Positions 29,201-37,812 of a stretch of DNA of 64,000 bases are shown in pieces. The stretch spans positions 32,001 to 96,000 of the forward strand of contig JAYZEG010000037.1 of NCBI GenBank assembly GCA_036337435.1. The letters are read 5' to 3'. The notes under the pieces were generated by a model. The model worked only from the letters and a program-made list of their open reading frames with translations, did not search any database and had not been told where the DNA came from. This DNA is from Myxococcota bacterium (GTDB lineage: Bacteria > Myxococcota_A > Bradymonadia > UBA7976 > UBA1532). Positions within the stretch are counted from its first letter, which is position 1. Every line of letters begins with the position of its first letter. Made by a program: the position numbers and the translations under genes.

Positions 29201-30860
29201 CATCTAGTTCGCCGAACACCCATTTTTGAAGACCCTGCATGTGGACATCAATCCAGTAGTGGCGCCAATCGAGTTCGCACAAGCTAAACGAGAACTCACC
29301 TGCGTTGCCCTCCGGCAATCTGGTGCTCAAAGTTCGGATATTGCGTGTACTAAAGCAGGGATTATTCTCTTCGACGAACGGCGCGAAGAGATCAAGAATG
29401 GAATTACAGACGCCACTGGCTTTCTCCAATCCAGCCAGTGCGCCATCAAGTTGCTTGACCAAAGGTCGGGCGGGCCCCAGCCAGGCTTTAGGAATCATCT
29501 TGAGCGCAGCCCGAGTCGATTTTGTAATGCGATTTACCTGGGGTGCGCTGATCCGATTGTAGGTCTCTCGATCCACAGGGATGGAATCGAGGTTGCGCAT
29601 GAGATGACGTTTAAAGAGGTTCTTTTCATGCCGGTCATAATGACGCCTCCAGGCAAGATTGGTCATTTCAACAGCGCGTCGCATACGCAGGGGATTTGAA
29701 TCACCTGACGCCAGATGAAACACTTGCGAGGGGCCACCTGAAAGTAGGTCCGCGCCAGCCAGTATGGTGCCACGACACACATAATCGACGGGGACTAAAT
29801 CGAGAATATTATCCGGATTACACGGAATAAATCGATGTCCCTTATACATGATGTAAACAAAAGGTGCGCACGTATTGACACCCTCATTCCAACCTGAGAA
29901 CGGAAACTCAAGAGCACTCTCAACGATAGCTGGACGAACGATCGAGACGCGTACTCCCATTTCTGCCGCACGCTTTAGTGTGAGTTGTTCGCCAAGACTC
30001 TTTGTATACGTGTATGTATTGGTCCATCCCCATTGCTGGGCCCGCTCCATTCCCTCTCGGGTCAGTTCATCGTTTACCCAGCGGGTTTTGCGCGCTTCGA
30101 AGGCTGCCTGCAGTCGCTGCGGGTCTTCGTAGTCCAGTCCCTTGTCGGTCAAGCGTTTTTTGGCTTCGTCTAGGAAGCGACATTCGAGTGCTTGGGCATC
30201 GGCCCTGCGTCGGACCTCTTCGGCAAGAAACACTGCATCGGATAACTCACGTTCCGGATCAAACTCCCGGTCGTTAGGGGCATAACCGACAATGGGTCGA
30301 TCTTCGTCGATTGGCCCTGAGCGCTGTCCAACAACAAAACATGTGCTCATGTGAACGAGCGGGCAACCCGCATCTCTGGCAAATTCGACTTTGTGGGCAA
30401 CGCCCATGGAATTCACCATCAGAGCTTGGTCGAGAGGCGGATTAAAATTGACATTGCCTGCGCAATGCAAAATGAGATCGACGGGGTCGTTTTCTGTCAG
30501 TTCTCGATAGGCGCTCTCACTCAAGCCGAGGCGTTCGAGACTGATGTCGCCTTTCACCACATTGACAACATCGTCGCACCACGCCTTGAGCGCGCCTTTG
30601 CCAAGGGTCTTGGCGACTGCATCGAAGGGTTCAGATTTTGCGACGACTGCATCGAAACGCCGCCTGGCATTGTCATAATCGCGATTCGTTCGGACCAAGA
30701 CACTGACTCGACGCACCGAGGGCACGCGAGCTGCAAGCATCGCAAGTAAAACCTTGCCGACAAAGCCAGTCACCCCGGTAATAAAAATATGCTTACCAGA
30801 AAAACTGTCGAGGACATTGAGGGTTGCATTCATGCCTGGTGTGTCACTTTTACCCGCCAC
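26238..30860 (-). CDS. elbD: Multidomain ether-lipid synthase-like enzyme: fatty acyl reductase, acyl-CoA ligase, ACP, acyltransferase, SCP2-like domain
   Basis: TGVTGFVGKV and YTYTKSLGE (FAR); FTSGTTGDPKG, GYGLTE, HTGDLG (A); DLGLSSL (T); NHSSHLD, FPEGTRS (AT); GTG start with GGAGG RBS. Confidence 0.85.
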   Translation of the reverse strand: MAGKSDTPGMNATLNVLDSFSGKHIFITGVTGFVGKVLLAMLAARVPSVRRVSVLVRTNRDYDNARRRFDAVVAKSEPFDAVAKTLGKGALKAWCDDVVNVVKGDISLERLGLSESAYRELTENDPVDLILHCAGNVNFNPPLDQALMVNSMGVAHKVEFARDAGCPLVHMSTCFVVGQRSGPIDEDRPIVGYAPNDREFDPERELSDAVFLAEEVRRRADAQALECRFLDEAKKRLTDKGLDYEDPQRLQAAFEARKTRWVNDELTREGMERAQQWGWTNTYTYTKSLGEQLTLKRAAEMGVRVSIVRPAIVESALEFPFSGWNEGVNTCAPFVYIMYKGHRFIPCNPDNILDLVPVDYVCRGTILAGADLLSGGPSQVFHLASGDSNPLRMRRAVEMTNLAWRRHYDRHEKNLFKRHLMRNLDSIPVDRETYNRISAPQVNRITKSTRAALKMIPKAWLGPARPLVKQLDGALAGLEKASGVCNSILDLFAPFVEENNPCFSTRNIRTLSTRLPEGNAGEFSFSLCELDWRHYWIDVHMQGLQKWVFGELDDRMRPVRKVAKARDLVEVFRTACRAHKERKAVSFYTSEQGVESTYTFGEVYDAACRVAGYLKTQGIRRGDAIVLMSKNEPAWPMIYFGILLADAVAVPVDFEMPDAELGRIIAKCQSKLLIHHEDRLPEQSCPMASVGDVFDAEPVLEIECRDRSEDVASLLFTSGTTGDPKGVMLTHGNFTALLASLHGTFRVDHKDRFLSVLPLFHTFEFSCGLLMPLSVGAHVLYLDELEGGLLREALSDFRPTGLIGVPALWDVLHRRIETEVRDRGEAAHLAFTAMLRLSRFLKKQYGVNLGPMSFSEVHRMLGGQIRHLISGGAALSEPVLNAFEGLGFELLEGYGLTEAAPVLSVRRPGDRKGSGSVGTGLPGVKLHVLDPDADGVGEVVARGANVMAGYLNDPEATRNTVKEGWLHTGDLGRLDKDGRLTLVGRRKELIVTSSGKNVYPDELESVYSDHDLIEEICIVGIPDPQGDQRVGALIVPVENPPADYQAQIKAHFTKTGMGLADHQRIRTLRFWTEKLPRTATRKIKRADVREQLIRLVSVGKSSRREGMSVPAGREPAWLYGAIAALAGLESVDVTPETHLTQDLGLSSLQYVELRLLIEEKVKTSLDPERLMSCSTVGELAHLVDSKDFGRATVVVDAQEPRPMPDALADVGRQLLGSAQKKLYDQAFKVQVKGTENIPRNSQVLVISNHSSHLDMGLVKYALGDYAPNLSALAASDYFFDKQYKRDFFEPFTNLIPVERSGSLEKSLRHAETALNRGRIVLVFPEGTRSPDGQLQEFKHGVGYLQQKSQLSVLPLFLRGTYRALPKGAAVPTQRKLTAVIGPVIDHAFIEEQTKGMNRIETYARIAEILHLAVRALRDGDVYPWLAGETAARGQSELEAIFEELPRRFVPEALSKPTTWYFSLGDKSDGKWTLRAKEDHVEATPGRPSDGNADCVLKTDVKTFTKIVREGYVPSFTEFTDGRVKTNDPNLLMQFKSTFGL

Positions 30861-32471
30861 CTAGGCCTCCACATCTGCGATCATGATGGGCGGTGCGTGC
30901 GACATGGTCACCTCAGGGTGCGGTTTACCCAAAAACGAGCGCGCCATGTCCATGGCCGTATTAAAATCCGGTGCGGAGTCCCAACCAAGTTGCTTGGGCA
31001 CGCGGAGGTTTTCGGGCTCAACAACAATCACTTTGCCAACCCAAGCACGTCCAGCATCACCCCAGTACCACATGTAGAAGGGGTGGACGCCATGGTAGGC
31101 ATTTCCATGCCGGTACATGTGAATGTAGTCTGGGTTCTCGGCAAACTCTCGCTCGTACTGATGGATATCGTAGCTATTGGTGCCGATGGATAGAATTCGA
31201 TGATAAAACTCAACGTAAGATGGATGGTGAGTTCGATTGAATGATTCATGACATGGGTGGAACAGAATCATCACCCCATCTTTCTTGATTAAAGGTGAGC
31301 CACGATACATGTTGAAAAGATAGCCGAGTGCCATGACTTGGATGAGCAATGGATTCAAAATGCTATTGACGTTGTAAGGGGAAATAAAGGGAATTCCGCT
31401 CACTAAAACATCACATTGCCCTTTGACGGGGACTGCATATTGCTTGAAACAAGCGTCCAGAATCTTATCGTGGGTCGGCTCTGTTGCCCCTGCATGAATC
31501 GCCGTCAATTCATAGTGGGATGGGATTTTCTCAAAGAAACTGCGCCGCGCACTTTCTGGAAGACGTTCCAGCAGGGCGCAACTGCCTTGAAACTTGGCGC
31601 GATCGAACTCAGACCACGTGGTCTCAGGACGTCCAAGATAGGCGAGTTGCCCCCCGTACATGCGGTTATTTAAAGCCGTTTCGATATGAAAGACATTCAG
31701 TTCTTTGTCGACGATCTCACCCATTCGATTACAAATCTTTGCCAAACGAGACTTGTCGGGCCGTGGATCCATATAGCTGTGGCAGCGATGCATCGTGTGC
31801 GTATTGTGATGGGCACTCACCGAGATGTAATCGCACAAGCCCACCGTGACGCTCTTATGCCCGCCATCCATGGGTACAAGGTTGATATTGACGTAGACCA
31901 GCAGGTCACTCTCCGCCGCGCGCCGGTTCAAACGAACACGCTCTCCGTGGTCGGTCTCACCCAGTTCAACAATGTTATCCAAATCTTCAGCATCATGGTT
32001 GTATAGACGGTCCGGATAGTATTCGTTGTAAATCTTCGAACCGACGGTCTTACGGATTTCAGGACCCGTCATGTGCCGATGGAGGCAGACCGCGATGATA
32101 ATGTGAATATCATCAACCCCGTATTCAGCACACTGCTTGAGCAACTCCGTCAAAATCATTTCTCGGAGATCCGGGCTCTTCATAGGAGGTAAAGGTAACG
32201 AGATATCATCGATGGCGATGGTGAGTTTCATCCCCGGCTTGAGCTGTGCAAAAAATGGATCAGCCCCTTCGGGATGGTTGAGCGCGTACCGAATCGCCGC
32301 CTTTGGATTGCCGAGGGGCTCCAAGGGCGCATTGGGATAAATGACCCGGCTGCCGCGGGGCAGAACCACTTCCCTAAATCGAGTTCCATAATGCACCATT
32401 CTGGCACCCGATTTATCGTCAATGAACTCGATATTCGATTCCCGAGAAATCCTGGGTTTTGGTCGTGCCAT
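30861..32471 (-). CDS. elbC: LarA-like (DUF2088) domain protein (ElbC-like)
   Basis: AIRYALNHP, IAIDDISLP, AVCLHRHMT, NHDAED, GGHKS; abuts elbD. Symbol assigned from synteny. Confidence 0.75.
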   Translation of the reverse strand: MARPKPRISRESNIEFIDDKSGARMVHYGTRFREVVLPRGSRVIYPNAPLEPLGNPKAAIRYALNHPEGADPFFAQLKPGMKLTIAIDDISLPLPPMKSPDLREMILTELLKQCAEYGVDDIHIIIAVCLHRHMTGPEIRKTVGSKIYNEYYPDRLYNHDAEDLDNIVELGETDHGERVRLNRRAAESDLLVYVNINLVPMDGGHKSVTVGLCDYISVSAHHNTHTMHRCHSYMDPRPDKSRLAKICNRMGEIVDKELNVFHIETALNNRMYGGQLAYLGRPETTWSEFDRAKFQGSCALLERLPESARRSFFEKIPSHYELTAIHAGATEPTHDKILDACFKQYAVPVKGQCDVLVSGIPFISPYNVNSILNPLLIQVMALGYLFNMYRGSPLIKKDGVMILFHPCHESFNRTHHPSYVEFYHRILSIGTNSYDIHQYEREFAENPDYIHMYRHGNAYHGVHPFYMWYWGDAGRAWVGKVIVVEPENLRVPKQLGWDSAPDFNTAMDMARSFLGKPHPEVTMSHAPPIMIADVEA

Positions 32472-32497
32472 GCGTCCTCCTGACAGCCTCGATTTGC

Positions 32498-33160
32498 CTA
32501 TTTTGCCCAGATGATTGGCCAGTCATGGGCATTGGCCGTCGCCTTCAGATTCGAATCGGGGTTGACCGCGATCGGACGACCAACCGTACTCAGCATCGGG
32601 ATATCGCTTCCACTGTCTGCGTAAGCCCGACACGCATTGAGGTCCAGGTCATTTTCTAACGCATATCGACGAATGAAGGCAGCTTTTTCCGGTCCGGCAA
32701 GAACCGGGGGACACAATCGGCCCGTCGCCGTCTCATTTTCGATTTCTAGTTGATTGGCGAACCACGCGTCAACCTCGAGATAGCGGGCGAGGGGCCGAAC
32801 CATTTGTTCGATGGCGCCGGTGATTAAAACCTGCTGATAGCCCTCGCTGCGAGAGCGTTTGATGAGATCAAGCATCTCTCGAAAAAGCCGCTTCTGGATG
32901 ACCTTTTCAAATAATTCTTCGCCTAAGACCCACAATCGGTCCTCGTGTAGACCCGCATAATTTCTGTAGAAAATGTCGTTAAAAAATTTTCGACCCAAGC
33001 GATCGGCGACAGCATACATCGGCAGCGAGGCCAACAGCTTTGTTGTCCGGCCCAATTTTCCGGTCAGCGTGCTGTCATTTAATGCATAAAATGCATACGC
33101 ATGTATGACATTTGCACCGACGAGTGTTCCGTCGACGTCATAAAAAGCCGCAGCTCGCAT
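32498..33160 (-). CDS. elbB: HAD-superfamily IB hydrolase (ElbB-like)
   Basis: AAFYDVDGTL, AYADSGSDIPMLSTVGRPIAVNPD. Symbol assigned from synteny. Confidence 0.85.
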   Translation of the reverse strand: MRAAAFYDVDGTLVGANVIHAYAFYALNDSTLTGKLGRTTKLLASLPMYAVADRLGRKFFNDIFYRNYAGLHEDRLWVLGEELFEKVIQKRLFREMLDLIKRSRSEGYQQVLITGAIEQMVRPLARYLEVDAWFANQLEIENETATGRLCPPVLAGPEKAAFIRRYALENDLDLNACRAYADSGSDIPMLSTVGRPIAVNPDSNLKATANAHDWPIIWAK

Positions 33161-33315
33161 CTACACATCCTAAACAAAGAGTCCGTTGACGACCTATCAA
33201 CCAAAAAACAACCAAGCAGAGAGCGTGTATGACAAGCAAGGGCGACTGGTCAAGAGCGAAAGCAAGGAACAGGTAAATTCCTACATTCGCAAACGAGTGA
33301 CGAGTTGCTAGATGG

Positions 33316-33957
33316 TCAAGCTTGAGTGAGTGCAAAGACCCAGATCGCGAGCAAAAGGATGGTTGCAAAGGTTCCTTTGAGAAAAGGACCTTTTTCCACA
33401 GTCAGATCTTCATTTAACCCTCGGCGAATCACGTAAAAGACGCCCGAGATCCATCCCAGGAAACTGAGAACAATGAGAGCTGACCAGCCAAATCCTGGGA
33501 TCGGGTCTAGCGCTAATAGACGTAAGTGATGTGCCTCCAGTTCAGCCTCGGTCCGACCTGCACTGCTCGCATCGGCCAATCGGAACTGTTGCTTTGCCAT
33601 CAAGCCTGCGATGGCCTTGTTGGTCGATGACAACAAGTTGAGCCCAGGGTTGGTCATACCACGAGTTGATAAAATTGCTCCACGAAGTCGTCTATATGCC
33701 TTTAATGCGACGTCTAAATTCCCTTTGCGTTCAGCGTCGGCGGCGATCCGTTGCAATGCAGCTCGCGCCTCTTCCGGTGCTTTGGCCAGGGGTGAATACC
33801 AGCGGGCAGCATATTGGTAATGCTCGATGGCTTGTTCGATCTTACCTGCACGTTCCAGAGCGACAGCGCGTGTCAACTCGGCGCGGGACGACCACCAGGT
33901 CCGGCCCCAGAGACCAAGAATGATGAAACAGATGCCAAAAACAACCCAGCGAAGCAT
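33316..33957 (-). CDS. Hypothetical membrane protein with a TPR-like soluble region
   Basis: Three TM helices; AIEHYQYAARWY helical segment; directly follows pilI. Confidence 0.7.
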   Translation of the reverse strand: MLRWVVFGICFIILGLWGRTWWSSRAELTRAVALERAGKIEQAIEHYQYAARWYSPLAKAPEEARAALQRIAADAERKGNLDVALKAYRRLRGAILSTRGMTNPGLNLLSSTNKAIAGLMAKQQFRLADASSAGRTEAELEAHHLRLLALDPIPGFGWSALIVLSFLGWISGVFYVIRRGLNEDLTVEKGPFLKGTFATILLLAIWVFALTQA

Positions 33958-34743
33958 CTATACAAAGTCTCGTCGGGAAAACAGAACTGAGGCGATGCCG
34001 AGGCAAACTACGATGTAGGTGAATCCAACCAACGAAGCCTGGGCGATAAACTCCACAGTCATAGGACGATTATAGACCACTTGTGGCGTCACATTGTAGA
34101 TGGATAAATCTGGGACGACGCGCACGATCCCACGAATGACTGTACTGACCAGCGATGTCATTGCATCCGGTTTGTCGGCGTCGCCTAAACGTAAATTTTG
34201 GAGTGCGTCCACAAATCGTCCGACCACAAACACGCCGAGGGTCATCAGCCCCGAGAGAAAGGGTGTCGAGAAACTAGAAAAGATAAGAGCAACGGCAACC
34301 ACGATGGCGACTTCAATGAATATTAACCAAATCGCCTGCATGATTGCGACGCCAACGTTGCCGCCTACGGTGGCCAAAATTCCACAAAGCATCACCCCCA
34401 TAACTGAGACTAAAACAAACATGGTTTGCAACAGTCCCAAATACTTGCCCAAGAGAAACTGCGGCCTCGAGATGGGCTTGGCCATGAGGGTATAGATGGT
34501 TTTTCGCTCAAGTTCTTTGTAGACCAAGTTGACGCCCGTAAAAATGGCGATGAAAACGGCGGCTGTCGATGTCAGAAATAAGCCGACGTCCGTCATCAGA
34601 CGAACCTCTTCGTGCAGCGACGCTGAACTCATGGCGAGGGTGAATCCAAGGAGACCCAAGGTGAAGAAAATAAGACTTGCAAAGATCCTGTTTCGAATCG
34701 CCTCTCGAAATGTATTTTGAGCAACCGCCAGAATCTTTCTCAT
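33958..34743 (-). CDS. pilI: ABC-2 type permease of the pil locus
   Basis: AQNTFREAIRNR, KELERKTIYTLMAKPISR, FSRRDFV; matches myxobacterial pilGHI synteny. Confidence 0.85.
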   Translation of the reverse strand: MRKILAVAQNTFREAIRNRIFASLIFFTLGLLGFTLAMSSASLHEEVRLMTDVGLFLTSTAAVFIAIFTGVNLVYKELERKTIYTLMAKPISRPQFLLGKYLGLLQTMFVLVSVMGVMLCGILATVGGNVGVAIMQAIWLIFIEVAIVVAVALIFSSFSTPFLSGLMTLGVFVVGRFVDALQNLRLGDADKPDAMTSLVSTVIRGIVRVVPDLSIYNVTPQVVYNRPMTVEFIAQASLVGFTYIVVCLGIASVLFSRRDFV

Positions 34744-35729
34744 GAGTGAGCCTCACTGGCTGCTTGTTCGACAAACACCGACTCCAAGCTCCGAGCCACC
34801 GGGACAACCCTGACGACTGTCCCTTGAACAGCCATTCCTGCTGCGATGAGCGCGTTGGCGCGGCCCTGGTCGGCCGTGGCGAACGAATAGGTCTGACCCA
34901 CTTTCTGGACGCGCTTCGCAAATGGAGACAAGTGCTCGATGTCTGCCTCTTCGATATCTGCCAGAGTCACTTCAACTTCCGTTTGGCCCTCACTCAGTAA
35001 ACTGGATAGCTGTCCTTCTCGGCGAATTTGTCCATCGACAAGAATGGACACTCGACTGCATAGCATCTCAACATCTTGGAGAATATGGCTGCTAAAAAAT
35101 ATCGTTTTGCCTCGTTCACTCAACTCCAAGATGATATCGCGCACGTCTTTTCGGCCCATTGGGTCGAGTCCGGACATGGGCTCGTCGAGAATGACCAGGT
35201 CAGGGTCATTGATGAGTGCTTGTGCGAGACCCACTCGCTGAATCATGCCCTTGGAATATTTACGCAAGGGCCTGTCGACGGCATGGTTTAATCCAACACG
35301 ATCGATCAAAGCCTGGGCCCGCTGTTTTCTTTCTCTGGCGGTCATGGGAAATAAGCGGGCGTAATATTCGAGAAATTCTATGGGCTTTAAATGCTCATAG
35401 AAATAAGGATGCTCGGGTAGAAACCCAATCCGCTCTCGTGTCTGAATATGACCAATAGACTGCCCAAAAATGCGGGCACCGCCTGCAGACGGATGAATGA
35501 GCCCCATCAGCATTTTTATGGTTGTGGTCTTACCAGCACCGTTCGGGCCAAGGAATCCGAAAATTTCTCCTTGCTCGACATTAAGGGAAATGCCTCGAAC
35601 CGCGTCCACCCGATAAGCAATGCCCTTCATCTGAAGCGCATCAGCAACTTTGCGAAACGGGCGAAGCGCTCCGAGAAACCCGAGGTGAAAGGTCTTGGTT
35701 AAACCATCAATTTCAAGGGCTAAGCTCAC
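34740..35729 (-). CDS. pilH: ABC ATP-binding protein of the pil locus
   Basis: GPNGAGKTT, YSKGMIQRVGLAQAL, LDEPMSGLDPMGR. Confidence 0.88.
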   Translation of the reverse strand: MSLALEIDGLTKTFHLGFLGALRPFRKVADALQMKGIAYRVDAVRGISLNVEQGEIFGFLGPNGAGKTTTIKMLMGLIHPSAGGARIFGQSIGHIQTRERIGFLPEHPYFYEHLKPIEFLEYYARLFPMTARERKQRAQALIDRVGLNHAVDRPLRKYSKGMIQRVGLAQALINDPDLVILDEPMSGLDPMGRKDVRDIILELSERGKTIFFSSHILQDVEMLCSRVSILVDGQIRREGQLSSLLSEGQTEVEVTLADIEEADIEHLSPFAKRVQKVGQTYSFATADQGRANALIAAGMAVQGTVVRVVPVARSLESVFVEQAASEAHS

Positions 35730-35892
35730 CTAATACCACACTTAAACCAACCTAGTGGGGGCACTTTGACAAAACACGGCCGGGACTTCAACGGTTGAAA
35801 ACAGACACCCGTGATTTTGGCGAGCGATGCCAGAACAAATCAAGTCTGAATAATCCCTTGATTAGTTTATAGGTGATGCGCAGGATGCCCGT

Positions 35893-36855
35893 ATGAAATC
35901 CGAGGAAAATAAACAAAAGTCAATTGGACGAATCATCGCGTCTTTGCTTGTCAGACTGGTGGCTCTCGTCGCCATTGCTTTGTGGCTCAGTACCCATCTC
36001 GATTTCGATAGCGTGCCTAAAGACATACTCACCCATGGGTGGGCGATTACCGGCGTCGCCTGCTTCGGCGCTATCAATCTGGCGGTTGCCGCGCTCAGGT
36101 GGCGAACACTGATGCTCAGTTTTGGCGCGGTTAATCTACCTCGCTTTGCACTTTTGTTTCGACTCAATCTCATCGGTCACTTTTACAACATTTTTGTACC
36201 GGGGGCTGTCGGCGGTGATCTAGGTCGCGCATTCATCGCGCGACGCTGTTTTAAAGCGGCCAGTTCGAGTTATTTTGTGATCGTCTCGGAACGGATGATC
36301 GGTTTGGCTGCCCTCGGGGTATTTTTTGGAGTTGGGATCCTCACCGGACCCGAGTTGAGAGGAATTGAGCACGGCGGGATTTGGTCTGTTGCCTTGATCG
36401 GTTTGCTTGCGTTGGTTGTCGGAGGCGGCTTGTTGGGGCGCCGGATTGCGCGTTGGTGGAAAGATGCACCGCAATTAGAAAATCCGATGGCAGTGGGATT
36501 GGCGACGGCGCTCAGCCTGATTACTCACAGTGTCACGATTCTTGGTTTTTGGGTTCTCTCTCGGTCGATGGGGCTGGAGTTGGGATTGGTGGACTTAGCA
36601 CTCATTGTCCCTATCGCCCTTGTCGCATCGGTTGTGCCGTTGGCCATCGCAGGATTGGGTCCAAGAGAAGCAGCCCTGGTGGCGGTCGTGCCGCTACTGG
36701 ACTTAGGCACGGCTGAACAGGCGTTGGCGCTGTCCATCGGCTTTGCCATATCAAACTGGATACTCGGTGGCGTCGGTGGCCTGATTCACTTGATTATGGG
36801 GAAATCAGCTCATCATTTATCGGAACCTGACAGGTCTACCGAGGCGATTAGTTGA
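35893..36855 (+). CDS. Lysylphosphatidylglycerol synthase TM-region / flippase-like membrane protein (UPF0104)
   Basis: ALRWRTL, GHFYNIFVPGAVGGDLGR, AGLGPREAA; multiple TM segments. Confidence 0.85.
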   Translation: MKSEENKQKSIGRIIASLLVRLVALVAIALWLSTHLDFDSVPKDILTHGWAITGVACFGAINLAVAALRWRTLMLSFGAVNLPRFALLFRLNLIGHFYNIFVPGAVGGDLGRAFIARRCFKAASSSYFVIVSERMIGLAALGVFFGVGILTGPELRGIEHGGIWSVALIGLLALVVGGGLLGRRIARWWKDAPQLENPMAVGLATALSLITHSVTILGFWVLSRSMGLELGLVDLALIVPIALVASVVPLAIAGLGPREAALVAVVPLLDLGTAEQALALSIGFAISNWILGGVGGLIHLIMGKSAHHLSEPDRSTEAIS

Positions 36856-37810
36856 GTGCTTTCTGTTTCCGATACCAGGCAATGGTTCGTTTAAGAGCCT
36901 CATCCAGGTTAACCTTCGGTGTATAACCCAATAATTCCCGGGCCTTATCAATATTAGGGATTCGAAGCTCGACGTCTGCTCTATTCATTTCTTGAAAGGC
37001 AACATCACTCTTAGAGTCCGCAAGTTGGACGATGAGCTTCGCCAAATGATAAATGGTCAGCGTGCTCCGTGGATTGCCTATATTAAAGGCGTGTCCAACG
37101 GCTGCATCATTTTCTAAAGTCGCCAAAACACCATCGACGATGTCATCGATGTAACACCATGACCGAATCTGAGAGCCATCGCCGTGTATGGTTAATGTTT
37201 CATCACGGATAGCTCGATTGATAAAGTGATGAACAGCCCCTTCCCCGACTTGTCGCGGTCCAAAGATGTTAAACGGCCTGATGCTCACCGTAGGCAACCC
37301 AAACTGCTTGTAGTAGCTCAATGCCAAGTGCTCCGTTGCCAATTTTGAGACGGCGTAGGTCCAGCGCGCTTCACCGACAGCACCAAGACTTGTCGCGTCG
37401 CCCTCTGCAACCTTATAGGCATACTTGCCAAACACTTCACTGGTTGAGAAATCAACAAAACGGGTGCAGCGGCCACTTGCATAGGCTGATTGCAGGGCGT
37501 TTATGGTTCCCAAAAGAGAGACTCGCATGGTCAAGGTCGGGTTTTTCATGACCGTGTCGACACCAGCAATAGACGCCATATGAACGACGACATCGGCATC
37601 CCGGATGACCGGGTCCAACGACGCAGCATCGAGAACGTCGCCTTGAACGAGCTTGACATTGTCCCGGTCCAGGATAGACGTGCCCACGAGCGCATTTCGA
37701 TGCAAATTATCAAAGAGCGTAATTCGATTGTGTTCACAGAGCCGTTCTGTGAGAGCACTGCCTATAAAACCAGCCCCGCCCGTGATGACGATATGAGCAT
37801 CGCGAATCAT
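36848..37810 (-). CDS. NDP-sugar epimerase/dehydratase (SDR family)
   Basis: ITGGAGFIGS, STSEVFG, RWTYAVSK, RPFNIFGPRQ, GDGSQIRSWCYIDD. Confidence 0.9.
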   Translation of the reverse strand: MIRDAHIVITGGAGFIGSALTERLCEHNRITLFDNLHRNALVGTSILDRDNVKLVQGDVLDAASLDPVIRDADVVVHMASIAGVDTVMKNPTLTMRVSLLGTINALQSAYASGRCTRFVDFSTSEVFGKYAYKVAEGDATSLGAVGEARWTYAVSKLATEHLALSYYKQFGLPTVSIRPFNIFGPRQVGEGAVHHFINRAIRDETLTIHGDGSQIRSWCYIDDIVDGVLATLENDAAVGHAFNIGNPRSTLTIYHLAKLIVQLADSKSDVAFQEMNRADVELRIPNIDKARELLGYTPKVNLDEALKRTIAWYRKQKALN

Positions 37811-37812
37811 AT

